Positions 9,145 through 17,793 of a stretch of 40,619 nucleotides of DNA are shown here, in pieces. A program made the translations under genes and the position numbers. The notes beneath the pieces were generated by a model. It made no database searches, had not been told where the DNA came from, and saw only the letters and a list, made by a program, of their open reading frames with translations. The stretch comes from a bacterium (GTDB lineage Bacteria; Krumholzibacteriota; Krumholzibacteriia; LZORAL124-64-63), in the NCBI GenBank assembly GCA_031441465.1, contig JANOEP010000037.1, positions 1 to 40,619 on the forward strand, read 5' to 3'. How positions within the stretch are numbered: position 1 is the first letter of the stretch; each line of letters begins with the position of its first letter.

Positions 9145-9492
9145 GTCCTTATGACAGCGGGCCACCCTCCGGCGCGGCTCCGTCCTGATGCGACGGTCCG
9201 TCGGCGGGGTTCGGGGGAAAGACTCTTGACAGGGTCGTCGGTTGCCCGGATATTGATACGCTACCGACGTAGGAATCCCGGTGTCCAGGCCAACGGGAGC
9301 GGGGTGTTTCCTCCGTGGCCGGTGAGGATCATCGACGGCGACCGGTACGGGTTGTCCGTCGCGGGTGCGATGTTCCGCTGATGCGCGCAACCTGGTGGCG
9401 GATGGACTCGCATGCAACAACTTTGACGGGGATACTCTGATCGACTGGGGCACTGAGTGAACGGGAAAATCCGAGTGAAAGGGGACAGTCCG

Positions 9493-10113
9493 ATGAAGAA
9501 GATGCTACTTGTCCTGAGCCTGCTGGTGCTGACCACGTCCATGTCCTGGGCCTATCCCGGCCCCGACAGCATGGGCATCTACGTGGACACGGCCGACACC
9601 GGGCCGATCGAGAACTGCGTGACCGTTGCCGCCTTCGTGCCGACGAACATCTACATGTGCATCACCAACCCGAGCGGCGCCGAGGTCAAGGCCTGGGAAG
9701 CCCACATCACCAACACCAACGCCGCCAGCATGATCGGCACCTGGTCGATGTTCGGGCTGGACGTCGATGGTGATCCCGAGGACTTCGTGGTCGGCAACGG
9801 CGCTTCGCCGCTGCAGCCGAACGCGCAGAACGTCGTGGTTTTGGGTTCGATGCAGCTGATCATCCTGAACCCCGCCGCGGTGATCGAATTCACCGTCTCG
9901 CACATCCCCGGTTCCGTCAGCTTCCCCGGCGGCACGCCCGGCTACGTCCACACCCTGGGCTTCAACACTCCCTGCATGACCGCGACGGGCGGCACGGCGG
10001 GCAGCCCATTCGTCTACAATCCGGTGTTCCGGGTCAACGGCCCCAATGCCGGCCAGTGCATCGTGGCCAACGAAGATGCGTCCTGGAGCGAGATCAAGAC
10101 GCTGTACCGGTAA
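9493..10113 (+). CDS. Secreted paralog of 8491..9087 with C-terminal SWxxIKTLYR tag
   Basis: ATG at 9493 (MKKMLLVLSLLVLTTSMSWA); shares GLDVDGD..DFVVG and GSVSFPGGxPGYVHTLGxNTPC; ends VANEDASWSEIKTLYR. Confidence 0.85.
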   Translation: MKKMLLVLSLLVLTTSMSWAYPGPDSMGIYVDTADTGPIENCVTVAAFVPTNIYMCITNPSGAEVKAWEAHITNTNAASMIGTWSMFGLDVDGDPEDFVVGNGASPLQPNAQNVVVLGSMQLIILNPAAVIEFTVSHIPGSVSFPGGTPGYVHTLGFNTPCMTATGGTAGSPFVYNPVFRVNGPNAGQCIVANEDASWSEIKTLYR

Positions 10114-10135
10114 CCCTGCGGGTTCCCGAGTTCAC

Positions 10136-10166
10136 GGAGGGGCGGGGCGACCCGCCCCTTCTGTTT
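10136..10166 (+). terminator. Rho-independent terminator
   Basis: GGAGGGGCGGG-GCGA-CCCGCCCCTTC followed by TGTTT. Confidence 0.7.
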
Positions 10167-10208
10167 GGCGTGGCGCGCCCGCCCGGGAAGGCGAGCCCGC
10201 ACCGTGCG

Positions 10209-10237
10209 TTGACCGCGGCGGCGGCCGCTCTTATACT
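10209..10237 (+). promoter_or_regulatory. Putative sigma70 promoter for the C25 operon
   Basis: TTGACC-N17-TATACT. Confidence 0.7.
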
Positions 10238-10296
10238 GACGCCACGTTCCATCCCCTGGACGCCAAGCCCTCCCCCCTGGGCAAGGAGACCGCGGC

Positions 10297-13200
10297 ATGA
10301 GCCGGATCCCCGTCGACCGTGAGCGCGCGCGGCGCGTTCTGTGGTGCCTCGCGCCCCTGCTGCTGACCTGCGGCGCTGCGGGCGCCGGCCCGTTGCTGAT
10401 CTCGCAGTCGGACCCGCTGTCCGCGACGCTCCGTCTGACGACGGGCGACCCCGCCTGGCGGACGGTGTTCGAGAGGGACGGCCAACCGTACCATCGGCTC
10501 GAACTGCCGGACTTCGTCGGCACGGGGGAACCGCGCCAGCCCTCGGTGCCGGCGCTGGGAACCTGGCTCGTCCTGCCTGCGGGCATGCGGGCAGTCGTTC
10601 GCCTGGACGAGGCCGTCTGGGAGCCCCTCGACGGCCGCCTGGTGGCGCCCGCGCCCACGCCGGTCCGTCGGCAACTTTCCGGCGGCGGCGATCCCGTGCT
10701 GGAAGAGGCCTACCTGCTGCCGGGTGAGGCGGCGCCAAGCGGCTTCGACTCCGTGCCGGTGGATGGGCCGGTAGGCGGCGCCGACGCGCCGCCGGGCCTG
10801 GAGCTGGGCGCGCCCCGGCTCTGGCGCGGGCACCGCATCGCGCCGGTGACGGTCCGGCCGCTGGACGTCGGCGAAGACATGCGGGCGCGTCGCCTGCTGC
10901 GCCGCGCCGTCTGGACGGTCGTTTTCGAACCCGAGGTCGGGGCCGCGGACAAGTCCGGCGGGCGCAGCGAACCCGACGACTCCCGCTTCGGTCATCTGTT
11001 CCTCAACGGCGATGCCTTGTCCTCCCAGCCCCGCGAGGCCCTCGCGGCGCCCGCGGCGGAGCAGACGGCCGTGCGCCGTGCGGCGTCCCTGCTCGCTCCG
11101 GAGATCCGCGTGCCGGTGACGCGCAGCGGGCTGTTCCGCCTGCGCGCCGCCGACCTGCTCAACGCCGGCCTGCTGCCGGCCGGGGTGACGGTGGACCGGC
11201 TCCGGCTCTACCAGCGTCGTTACGTGCCCGGTCAGTCGCCGCCCTACGACGAGATCGAGGTGCCGGTCGACCTGATCGGCGACGGCGGCGCCTTCGCCGG
11301 CGACGACGCGCTGGTGTTCTACGGCTTGCGTCCGCGCGACGACGGCCCGTTCAGCCGCGACGCGCGCAGCTACGCGAGCTGCGGCGACTCGCTCGAAACC
11401 TGGAATCCCGGCGCGCTCGACCCGGTCAACAACGGCAACATCTACTACCTGGCCGCAGCCGACCCCGAGGTGGGGGAGACCTGGGCCCGCATGCCGCAAC
11501 TCGAGCTGCCGGCCGCCCAGGGCGTTCCCGCGGCGACCTACCGCCGCGTCGACCTGCGGGAGGAGGACTCGCACTACGTCGTGCGGCCCTTCGATTCCAA
11601 CGTGGACCGTTACGTCTGGAACAGCAAAGAGGACCGCGCTGTCGACCGCGACCTCGGCGCGATCAGCCCCGCACCCGCCGGCAGCGCGACGCTGCGGGCC
11701 GGCGTGCTCGGTTACGGCGCCACCCTGCGCACGTTCAACTTCGCGTTGGTGCGCGACGAGACGCCGTCCGCTCTCGGCACGCTCCAGTCGAACCACGCGG
11801 GCGCCGTGTTCACCGCGCCGGCCGGGCTGACCGGCGCCGACCTCGCGGGGGCGGCGCTGCGCGTGAGCGGGCCGTCGAGCTACCTCACCGGTTATCTCGA
11901 CTGGTTCGAGATCGCCTACGACGCCCTCTACCGCGCCCAGGACGACGCCCTCGACTTCCACGCCGGCGACGCCGCCGGCCAGCGCTCGTTGACGGTCGCC
12001 GGGTTCGCCGACGCGCAGCTCTGGGTCTACGACATCTCGGACCCGCGCGCGCCGCAGCGGGTGGCGCTGGACACCGACAACCTCGTCGACGCCGGGGACG
12101 GCACCTGGACCCTCTCGCTCGAAGTCGCGCAGGACGCGCCCGGCGCCCGCCGGTTCGCGGCCCGCGCCGGCGCGCTCGCCGCGGCGCTGCCCGCGGTGCC
12201 GACCTTCAAGATCAGCCGCGTGACCGCGGCCGACGATCCCCTGACGGCCGCGGCCGCGGCCGACGTGCTCGTCGTCACGCACCCCGACTTCCGAGCCGAG
12301 GCCGAGCGCTGGGTCGCCCACCGCGTCGCCCGCTCCCCCGAACCCTTGTCGGTCGCCGTGATCGACGTCCACACGGTCTACGACTGGTACGGCGGCGGCC
12401 TGAAGAATCCCCGGGCGATCAAGCGCCTCGTCGCGCGCGCCCTCGCCGCCGGCGGCCCCTGGGCCCTGCAGATCTTCGGCGACGGCAACGAGAACGTGCG
12501 CGGGCTGAGCGCGGAAGACGCGGCCCGCGACTTCGTGCCGGCGCCGATGTTCCGCTGGACCACGACCAATTACGAGAACGAGATGAATCCGGCCGACGAG
12601 TGGTACGCCACGCCGGGGGCCGGACCCAACTATCCCTACGACACCGGCACCCTGCCGGAGATGCTCGTCGGCCGGTTCCCGTGCAACGCGGCGACCGAGG
12701 CCGCGGTCATGGTCGACAAGGTGGTCGGCTTCGAAGTTTCCGACGCGGCCTGGAAGAAGCGCACGGTCGTCGTGGCGGACGACGCCTGGTCGGACGGCTA
12801 CGACGTGGGGCTCGACGACCTCATCTACCAGAGCGGGGAAGCGGTCTTCGAGGCCAGCCTGGAAGAGGGTGCCGTGCTCTGGGAGTCCTTCGCCGACGCT
12901 CGCGACGGTTATCCCGGCGATCCCGCCTTCGAGGCGTCGCGTGTCTACTCCGGCGACTGGCTCGACCTGCACGAGCCCTTCCCGGGCGGGACGCGATCGC
13001 GCCTGGCGTTCCGGGGCATCGCCGAGACCGAGATCACGCCCATCCTGCTGGCGCGGCTCGGCGCCGGCGTCCTGCTGGCCACCTACCAGGGGCACGCCAA
13101 CGACCACCTGCTGTCCCATGAGCAGATCTTCGAGGACGTGGCGGTGTTCCAGTACCGTCAGGACGTGGCGAGCCTGGCGAACGCTGGCATGCCGTTCGTC

Positions 13201-14496
13201 TTCATCGGACTGGGCTGCCACGTCTCGCGCTGGGCCCGCGACATCTCTCCGGAGTCGAATCCCACCTCGGTGCCCTCGCTCGGCGAAAAGCTGTTGCGGC
13301 GCGCCAACGCCGGGGCCGTGGGCGTCTACGCCAGCCCGGGCTACGAGTACCGTGATCCCAACGCGGCTCTGGCGCGCCTGCAGGCCCGGGTGATGCTGCA
13401 GACACCGCCCCTGGGACCGTCGGGCCGCTCGCGCTGGGTTCTGGGCGAGCTGCTGGCCGCGGCCGAAGCTTCGTTCCTGGCCGCTTCGCCCAACAACTGG
13501 CAGTACCGGTTGGCCGTCGCGCAGTTCTCGCTGCTCGGCGACGCCCTGATGGTGCTGGACGCGGGCCCGCCGCGGCTCGACGTGCGGCTGGACTGGGACG
13601 TCCTGGAAGACGGCGCCGCGGTCAAGGCCCAGGACGCGGCCAACACCGTCGTGCTCGCCGTCAAGGCGTTCGACGAGGCCGGGATCGACCGCCTCGTGGT
13701 GACGGGCGTCGAAGGCGCGACGGTGACCGCGACGCGACCCGACGGCGCGACCAGCGACCAGCGCACGGCCTTCGAGGTGCGCCTGCCGGTGCCCTCCCAG
13801 GACGCGACGGCGGTCCTGCACGTCTACGACACCGCCGCCGCGGGCGACGACGATCCTCACGCCATGTTCACCGTGCGGATGCCGGTGTCGGTCGTGCTCT
13901 ACCTCGAGGACGAACTCTACCTGACCGGCGAGACGCCCTTCCCCTCGCCGGGACCGGGCGTGTTCACCGGCCGCGCCGTCACCGCCGCGTTCCTGCCCGA
14001 GGCCGCCGTGCTGGAACTGCTGGGCCGCAACCTCGCGCTTTCGGGCGTCACGCTCACCCGGATCGACGAGCACACGATCGACCTGGCCTTCACCGCGACC
14101 AAGAACGGGGCGGGTCCGGCCGCGGTCGTGCTGCTGGTCGACGGCCGCGGCACCGAGATCCCCCTGGAGCAGAGCGAGGGCGGCGACGCCGCCGGCATCG
14201 CCGACCTGATGGCCTTCCCGAACCCGGCGGGCGCCCAGACCCGCTTCGTGTTCGCCACCGACGCCGCCCCCGGTCCGGGCAGCATTCTGGTCTACACCGT
14301 CGGGGGCCGTCTCGCGGCGCGACTGCCGGTGGGCGCGGCCGACTTCGTGGGCGGCGGGCGCGTGATCGTGCCCTGGGACGCGCGCGACGGGCGGGGCGAC
14401 CAGCTCGCCAACGGCGTCTACCTCTACCGGGTCGAGCTGTCCACGGGCGCGGGCGTCGTGGCCAGCGACATGCAGCGACTGGTCCTGATGCGGTGA
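10297..14496 (+). CDS. C25 (gingipain-family) cysteine peptidase, PorU-like, with FlgD-Ig/T9SS type A-like C-terminal domain
   Basis: Propeptide-like N-terminus (GEPRQPSVP), LVVTHPDF, LFGD-like IFGD, VGRFP, VVADD, YQGH (His ~13093), GCH (Cys ~13216), LLGD, and a CTD AFPNP…WDARDGRGDQLANGVYLYRV. Confidence 0.85.
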   Translation: MSRIPVDRERARRVLWCLAPLLLTCGAAGAGPLLISQSDPLSATLRLTTGDPAWRTVFERDGQPYHRLELPDFVGTGEPRQPSVPALGTWLVLPAGMRAVVRLDEAVWEPLDGRLVAPAPTPVRRQLSGGGDPVLEEAYLLPGEAAPSGFDSVPVDGPVGGADAPPGLELGAPRLWRGHRIAPVTVRPLDVGEDMRARRLLRRAVWTVVFEPEVGAADKSGGRSEPDDSRFGHLFLNGDALSSQPREALAAPAAEQTAVRRAASLLAPEIRVPVTRSGLFRLRAADLLNAGLLPAGVTVDRLRLYQRRYVPGQSPPYDEIEVPVDLIGDGGAFAGDDALVFYGLRPRDDGPFSRDARSYASCGDSLETWNPGALDPVNNGNIYYLAAADPEVGETWARMPQLELPAAQGVPAATYRRVDLREEDSHYVVRPFDSNVDRYVWNSKEDRAVDRDLGAISPAPAGSATLRAGVLGYGATLRTFNFALVRDETPSALGTLQSNHAGAVFTAPAGLTGADLAGAALRVSGPSSYLTGYLDWFEIAYDALYRAQDDALDFHAGDAAGQRSLTVAGFADAQLWVYDISDPRAPQRVALDTDNLVDAGDGTWTLSLEVAQDAPGARRFAARAGALAAALPAVPTFKISRVTAADDPLTAAAAADVLVVTHPDFRAEAERWVAHRVARSPEPLSVAVIDVHTVYDWYGGGLKNPRAIKRLVARALAAGGPWALQIFGDGNENVRGLSAEDAARDFVPAPMFRWTTTNYENEMNPADEWYATPGAGPNYPYDTGTLPEMLVGRFPCNAATEAAVMVDKVVGFEVSDAAWKKRTVVVADDAWSDGYDVGLDDLIYQSGEAVFEASLEEGAVLWESFADARDGYPGDPAFEASRVYSGDWLDLHEPFPGGTRSRLAFRGIAETEITPILLARLGAGVLLATYQGHANDHLLSHEQIFEDVAVFQYRQDVASLANAGMPFVFIGLGCHVSRWARDISPESNPTSVPSLGEKLLRRANAGAVGVYASPGYEYRDPNAALARLQARVMLQTPPLGPSGRSRWVLGELLAAAEASFLAASPNNWQYRLAVAQFSLLGDALMVLDAGPPRLDVRLDWDVLEDGAAVKAQDAANTVVLAVKAFDEAGIDRLVVTGVEGATVTATRPDGATSDQRTAFEVRLPVPSQDATAVLHVYDTAAAGDDDPHAMFTVRMPVSVVLYLEDELYLTGETPFPSPGPGVFTGRAVTAAFLPEAAVLELLGRNLALSGVTLTRIDEHTIDLAFTATKNGAGPAAVVLLVDGRGTEIPLEQSEGGDAAGIADLMAFPNPAGAQTRFVFATDAAPGPGSILVYTVGGRLAARLPVGAADFVGGGRVIVPWDARDGRGDQLANGVYLYRVELSTGAGVVASDMQRLVLMR

Positions 14497-15947
14497 GCGC
14501 AGGTCTGGTCATGCGCACGCCCGGCCGGGTCCGGGCCGCCCTGTGGCTGGGCGCCCTGACCGTCGCGACCGTTCTGGGCGGCGGCTGCGCCGGCCGTCGG
14601 CGCGGGCCCGTCGCCGTGCCGACCGCCACCGTTGTCGCGCTGCCGGACGCACCACTGCTGCCATCGCCGACTCCGGCGGACACGCTCACACCCGATCCTG
14701 CGCCTGTCCTGCGTATTACTGAGCCCGTGTTCCTCGCCATCGGCCTGGGCACCGGCAAACCCCGCCTCGAACTCACGGCCGAAGGCGAGACCGAACTGAT
14801 CGGCGGCGAAGGCGCGCGTGTCCTGGCGCGCTTGCCTGCCGGCGCCGCCTGTGTGCTGGAAGCCGGTCGCGGCGGCGTGTCCTGGCGCGGCGGCGGGCGC
14901 AACGGCGTCGCCGCCGCGCCTCTGCTGCTGCGCCCCGTCGATCCCCGGCACGGGCTGGTCTGGGGGGACACGCCTTACGGCGGCGAAATGCGGATCCTGC
15001 GTCCCCAGTCCGGTCTCACCCTGATCAACGTGATCGCGTTGGAGGAGTACCTGCGCGGGGTCGTGCCGTGGGAGATCGGCCGGCCGGGAGAGCCGGGGCT
15101 CGCCGCGCTCGAGGCGCAGGCGGTCGCCGCCCGCACCTACAGCCTGGCGCACCGCGGCGACCGCAACAGCCTGGGCTTCGATCTTTGGGCCGACGTGCAG
15201 GACCAGGTCTACCACGGTCGTCGCGGCAACGACCGCTGGTGCGATCTGGCTGTCGCGAACACGCACGGCCTGGTGCTGCGCCACGGGGGCCGCGAGATCG
15301 AGGCCTACTACTGCTCGACCTGCGGCGGGCGCACGAGCGACGTGCGGGAAGTCTGGCCAAGGGAGGCGCGGTCCTACCTCGTGAGCGTGCAGGACGGTCC
15401 GCCAGGCGAAAGCTGGTGCCGGGGTTCGCCCCTGTTCCGCTGGGAGAAGTCCTGGTCCGCCGCCGACCTCCAGCGCGTCCTGCAGCGCACCCTGCCCGAG
15501 TACCTGCAGTGGTTGTCCGCCTCGCCGGCTCGACGGGACTGGGCGGGCGAGGGGTTCACACCGGCGCGGGCCGGTGTCGACGCGCGCCGCCCCGGCCGGT
15601 TGCGCGGTCTGGAGATCGCCGAGAAGACGGGTTGCGGTCGCATCGCCCGGCTGGACATCCGCACCGACGCCGGGGTCTACCACATCCGGGGCGACCGCGT
15701 GCGCTGGGTTCTCGTGCCGGTCGAGGGGCGCTTCTCGATCCTCGAGAGCGCGTGTTTCGATCTGTCCGTCGAGGCGGGCCGCGACGGCGCCTTGAACCGC
15801 GTCGCGGTCGCCGGCCGCGGCTTCGGGCACGGAGTCGGGCTCTGCCAGCACGGCGCGCTGGCCATGGCGCGCGCCGGTCACGGCTACCGGGAGATCCTCG
15901 AGCATTACTATCCGGGCGCGCGGCTCGAAGCGGTCGGCGCGCCGTGA
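14493..15947 (+). CDS. SpoIID/LytB domain lipoprotein (putative lytic transglycosylase)
   Basis: LEEYLRGVVPWE, ALEAQAVAARTY, DQVY.G, GFGHGVGLCQHGA..MA, ILEHYYPG; lipobox-like LGGGC. Confidence 0.9.
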   Translation: MSAGLVMRTPGRVRAALWLGALTVATVLGGGCAGRRRGPVAVPTATVVALPDAPLLPSPTPADTLTPDPAPVLRITEPVFLAIGLGTGKPRLELTAEGETELIGGEGARVLARLPAGAACVLEAGRGGVSWRGGGRNGVAAAPLLLRPVDPRHGLVWGDTPYGGEMRILRPQSGLTLINVIALEEYLRGVVPWEIGRPGEPGLAALEAQAVAARTYSLAHRGDRNSLGFDLWADVQDQVYHGRRGNDRWCDLAVANTHGLVLRHGGREIEAYYCSTCGGRTSDVREVWPREARSYLVSVQDGPPGESWCRGSPLFRWEKSWSAADLQRVLQRTLPEYLQWLSASPARRDWAGEGFTPARAGVDARRPGRLRGLEIAEKTGCGRIARLDIRTDAGVYHIRGDRVRWVLVPVEGRFSILESACFDLSVEAGRDGALNRVAVAGRGFGHGVGLCQHGALAMARAGHGYREILEHYYPGARLEAVGAP

Positions 15948-17368
15948 ACGACGCGGCCCCGTTCGTCGGCCTCCCGGTCGCCGGTCGACTCGTCGTCGGC
16001 CTGGTCGGTCCCGCGCTGCTCTCGTCGGAAGCGGCCTGGCTGCGACGGTACCGGCCGGCGGGCGTGATCCTCTTCGGCCGCAACGTGCGCAACGCGGGGC
16101 AGCTGCGCCGGCTCTGCGACGACCTGAGAGCGGCGTTGCCGGCGGGCGCCGAGATCATGGCCGACCAGGAGGGCGGGGCCGTGTCGGTCCTCGCCGACGC
16201 CGCGGGGCGCCCACCGGCCGCCTGGGCGCTCGGCTTGATCGACGATCCCGAACTGACCCGCCGCGTCCACCGGGCGACGGCGCAACGAGCCCGCGCCTGC
16301 GGCATCGATCGCCTGCTGGCCCCGTGCGCCGACGTCCTGCTCGCCCCCGGCAATACGGTGATCGGCAGCCGCGCGTTCGGCGCGGCGCCGGAACTGGTCG
16401 CCCGCCACGTCGCGGCCGCGGTCCGCGGCCTGCGCGAGGGCGGCGTGCGCTGCTGCCTGAAGCACTGGCCCGGGCACGGCGCCGTCGTGCGGGACACCCA
16501 CCTCGGCGCGGCCGCGCCCGTGCCCTTCTGCGACGAGCGGCCGTACGCCGCGGGTCTGGCGGCCGGCGCCGAGGCGATCATGCTGGGACACCTGATCGCG
16601 CCGGGGGAGGACCGTCCTGCATCGCTGAGCCGGCAGGCCGCCGCGCGCGCGCGCCGCCTCGGCGCCCGGCTCCTGATGAGCGACGACATCACCATGGGCG
16701 CGTTGCGCGCCCCGTTGGCCGCGGGCGGCGTCACCGCGCCCGGCGACGGCTTGGCGGAGCCCGGCGACCTGACAACCGCGTGGCTCGACGCCGTCGACGT
16801 CGGCGCCTGCGATCTGCTGCTGTGCCGCGGGATCCCCTGGCGGGCGTTGCCGGTCGCAGGACAGGCGCCGCCGGCCGCGATCACGGCGCCGGCGCCCCGA
16901 CGCGGCGAGGCTCCTGCGGAGTCCTGCTGGCGCGAGGCGCGCCGTCGCGCCGCGGTCCCTTGCCTGGATCCACGGTCGGGCCCGCTGGCGCTGTGGCTCA
17001 CGGCTCCCGAACACCGCTGGGGTTCGCCGGACATGCAAACCCTGCGCTCGGCCGGCTGGCGCGGGCGATGCCTCCTGGTGCCGCAGGACACGGGCGACGA
17101 ACCGCCGCTGGGCCAACTCCTGGTCGCGGGGCACGCCCCGGCCGCGGCCGACAGGCTGGCGACGGTCCGGCGCTGGTTCCACGGCGCGCTGGCGGACTGG
17201 GGGCGTTGCGTCGTGCTGGGCCATCCGGACCTGGCGTCCCAGCTGGGGCCCCTGTTGCCGGGGGGCTGGACCGTCTGCACCGGTGCGGGAATGACGCCCG
17301 CCGACCTTGCGCCGCTGATCGTGGTTCGGTCGGCGTTTCTTCGGGATTTCCCGGATTGTTCGTCCTGA
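15944..17368 (+). CDS. Glycoside hydrolase family 3 (NagZ-like beta-N-acetylhexosaminidase)
   Basis: GVILFGRN, DQEGG, KHWPGHGAVVRDTH, MSDDITMGAL; GTG start overlapping the upstream TGA. Confidence 0.8.
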   Translation: MNDAAPFVGLPVAGRLVVGLVGPALLSSEAAWLRRYRPAGVILFGRNVRNAGQLRRLCDDLRAALPAGAEIMADQEGGAVSVLADAAGRPPAAWALGLIDDPELTRRVHRATAQRARACGIDRLLAPCADVLLAPGNTVIGSRAFGAAPELVARHVAAAVRGLREGGVRCCLKHWPGHGAVVRDTHLGAAAPVPFCDERPYAAGLAAGAEAIMLGHLIAPGEDRPASLSRQAAARARRLGARLLMSDDITMGALRAPLAAGGVTAPGDGLAEPGDLTTAWLDAVDVGACDLLLCRGIPWRALPVAGQAPPAAITAPAPRRGEAPAESCWREARRRAAVPCLDPRSGPLALWLTAPEHRWGSPDMQTLRSAGWRGRCLLVPQDTGDEPPLGQLLVAGHAPAAADRLATVRRWFHGALADWGRCVVLGHPDLASQLGPLLPGGWTVCTGAGMTPADLAPLIVVRSAFLRDFPDCSS

Positions 17369-17391
17369 TCAGGTTGGCGGCCCGGATGGGG

Positions 17392-17420
17392 TTGACAGCC
17401 CAGAGGGGCCGACTTATATT
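17392..17420 (+). promoter_or_regulatory. sigma70 promoter of tRNA-Asp
   Basis: TTGACA-N17-TATATT, 14 nt before the tRNA. Confidence 0.75.
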
Positions 17421-17434
17421 CGGCGACCGTGAGT

Positions 17435-17511
17435 GGGGGCGTAGTTCAGCTGGTTAGAACGCCGGCCTGTCAAGCCGGAGGTCGCGAGTTCGAATCTCGT
17501 CGCTCCCGCCA
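17435..17511 (+). tRNA. tRNA-Asp(GTC)
   Basis: Acceptor GGGGGCG/CGCTCCC, anticodon arm CCGGC-CT GTC AA-GCCGG, GTTCGAA, CCA. Confidence 0.97.
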
Positions 17512-17521
17512 CCGCATCTCC

Positions 17522-17550
17522 GACCCGCGCCCGGCGCGGGTCTTTTCTTT
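17522..17550 (+). terminator. Rho-independent terminator after tRNA-Asp
   Basis: GACCCGCGC-CCG-GCGCGGGTC followed by TTTTCTTT. Confidence 0.85.
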
Positions 17551-17793
17551 GATTTCCGCCAGGACGTTTACCCTCGATTGTCGACATAATCACATAACAT
17601 CAAACTACATTACGAACAGGCAACACTCTCTGGGTGCGAGTGAAGAACTTGTCAAATCTATCTTGTAGTTCTGCGGATATTTGCGTTAAGATTCACCGGC
17701 ATCAAGGTCTTTGCCAGGAGCCGATGTTCAGGACTCCTGCCTCTCCGTGAGGACCGGTCGCCTCAGCTTTGAGGCCAACGAAAGGGACTCGGA

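Noticed and set aside
9270..9460. Cobalamin riboswitch-like words (GGAA..CCGGTG) in the long leader
   Set aside because: The other conserved elements (GCCACTG, B12 box) are not recognisable. Kept only as an unclassified leader.
8914..9975. Diversity-generating retroelement TR/VR pair
   Set aside because: Differences are mostly C/T synonymous rather than adenine-specific, both copies are coding, and there is no reverse transcriptase in the window.
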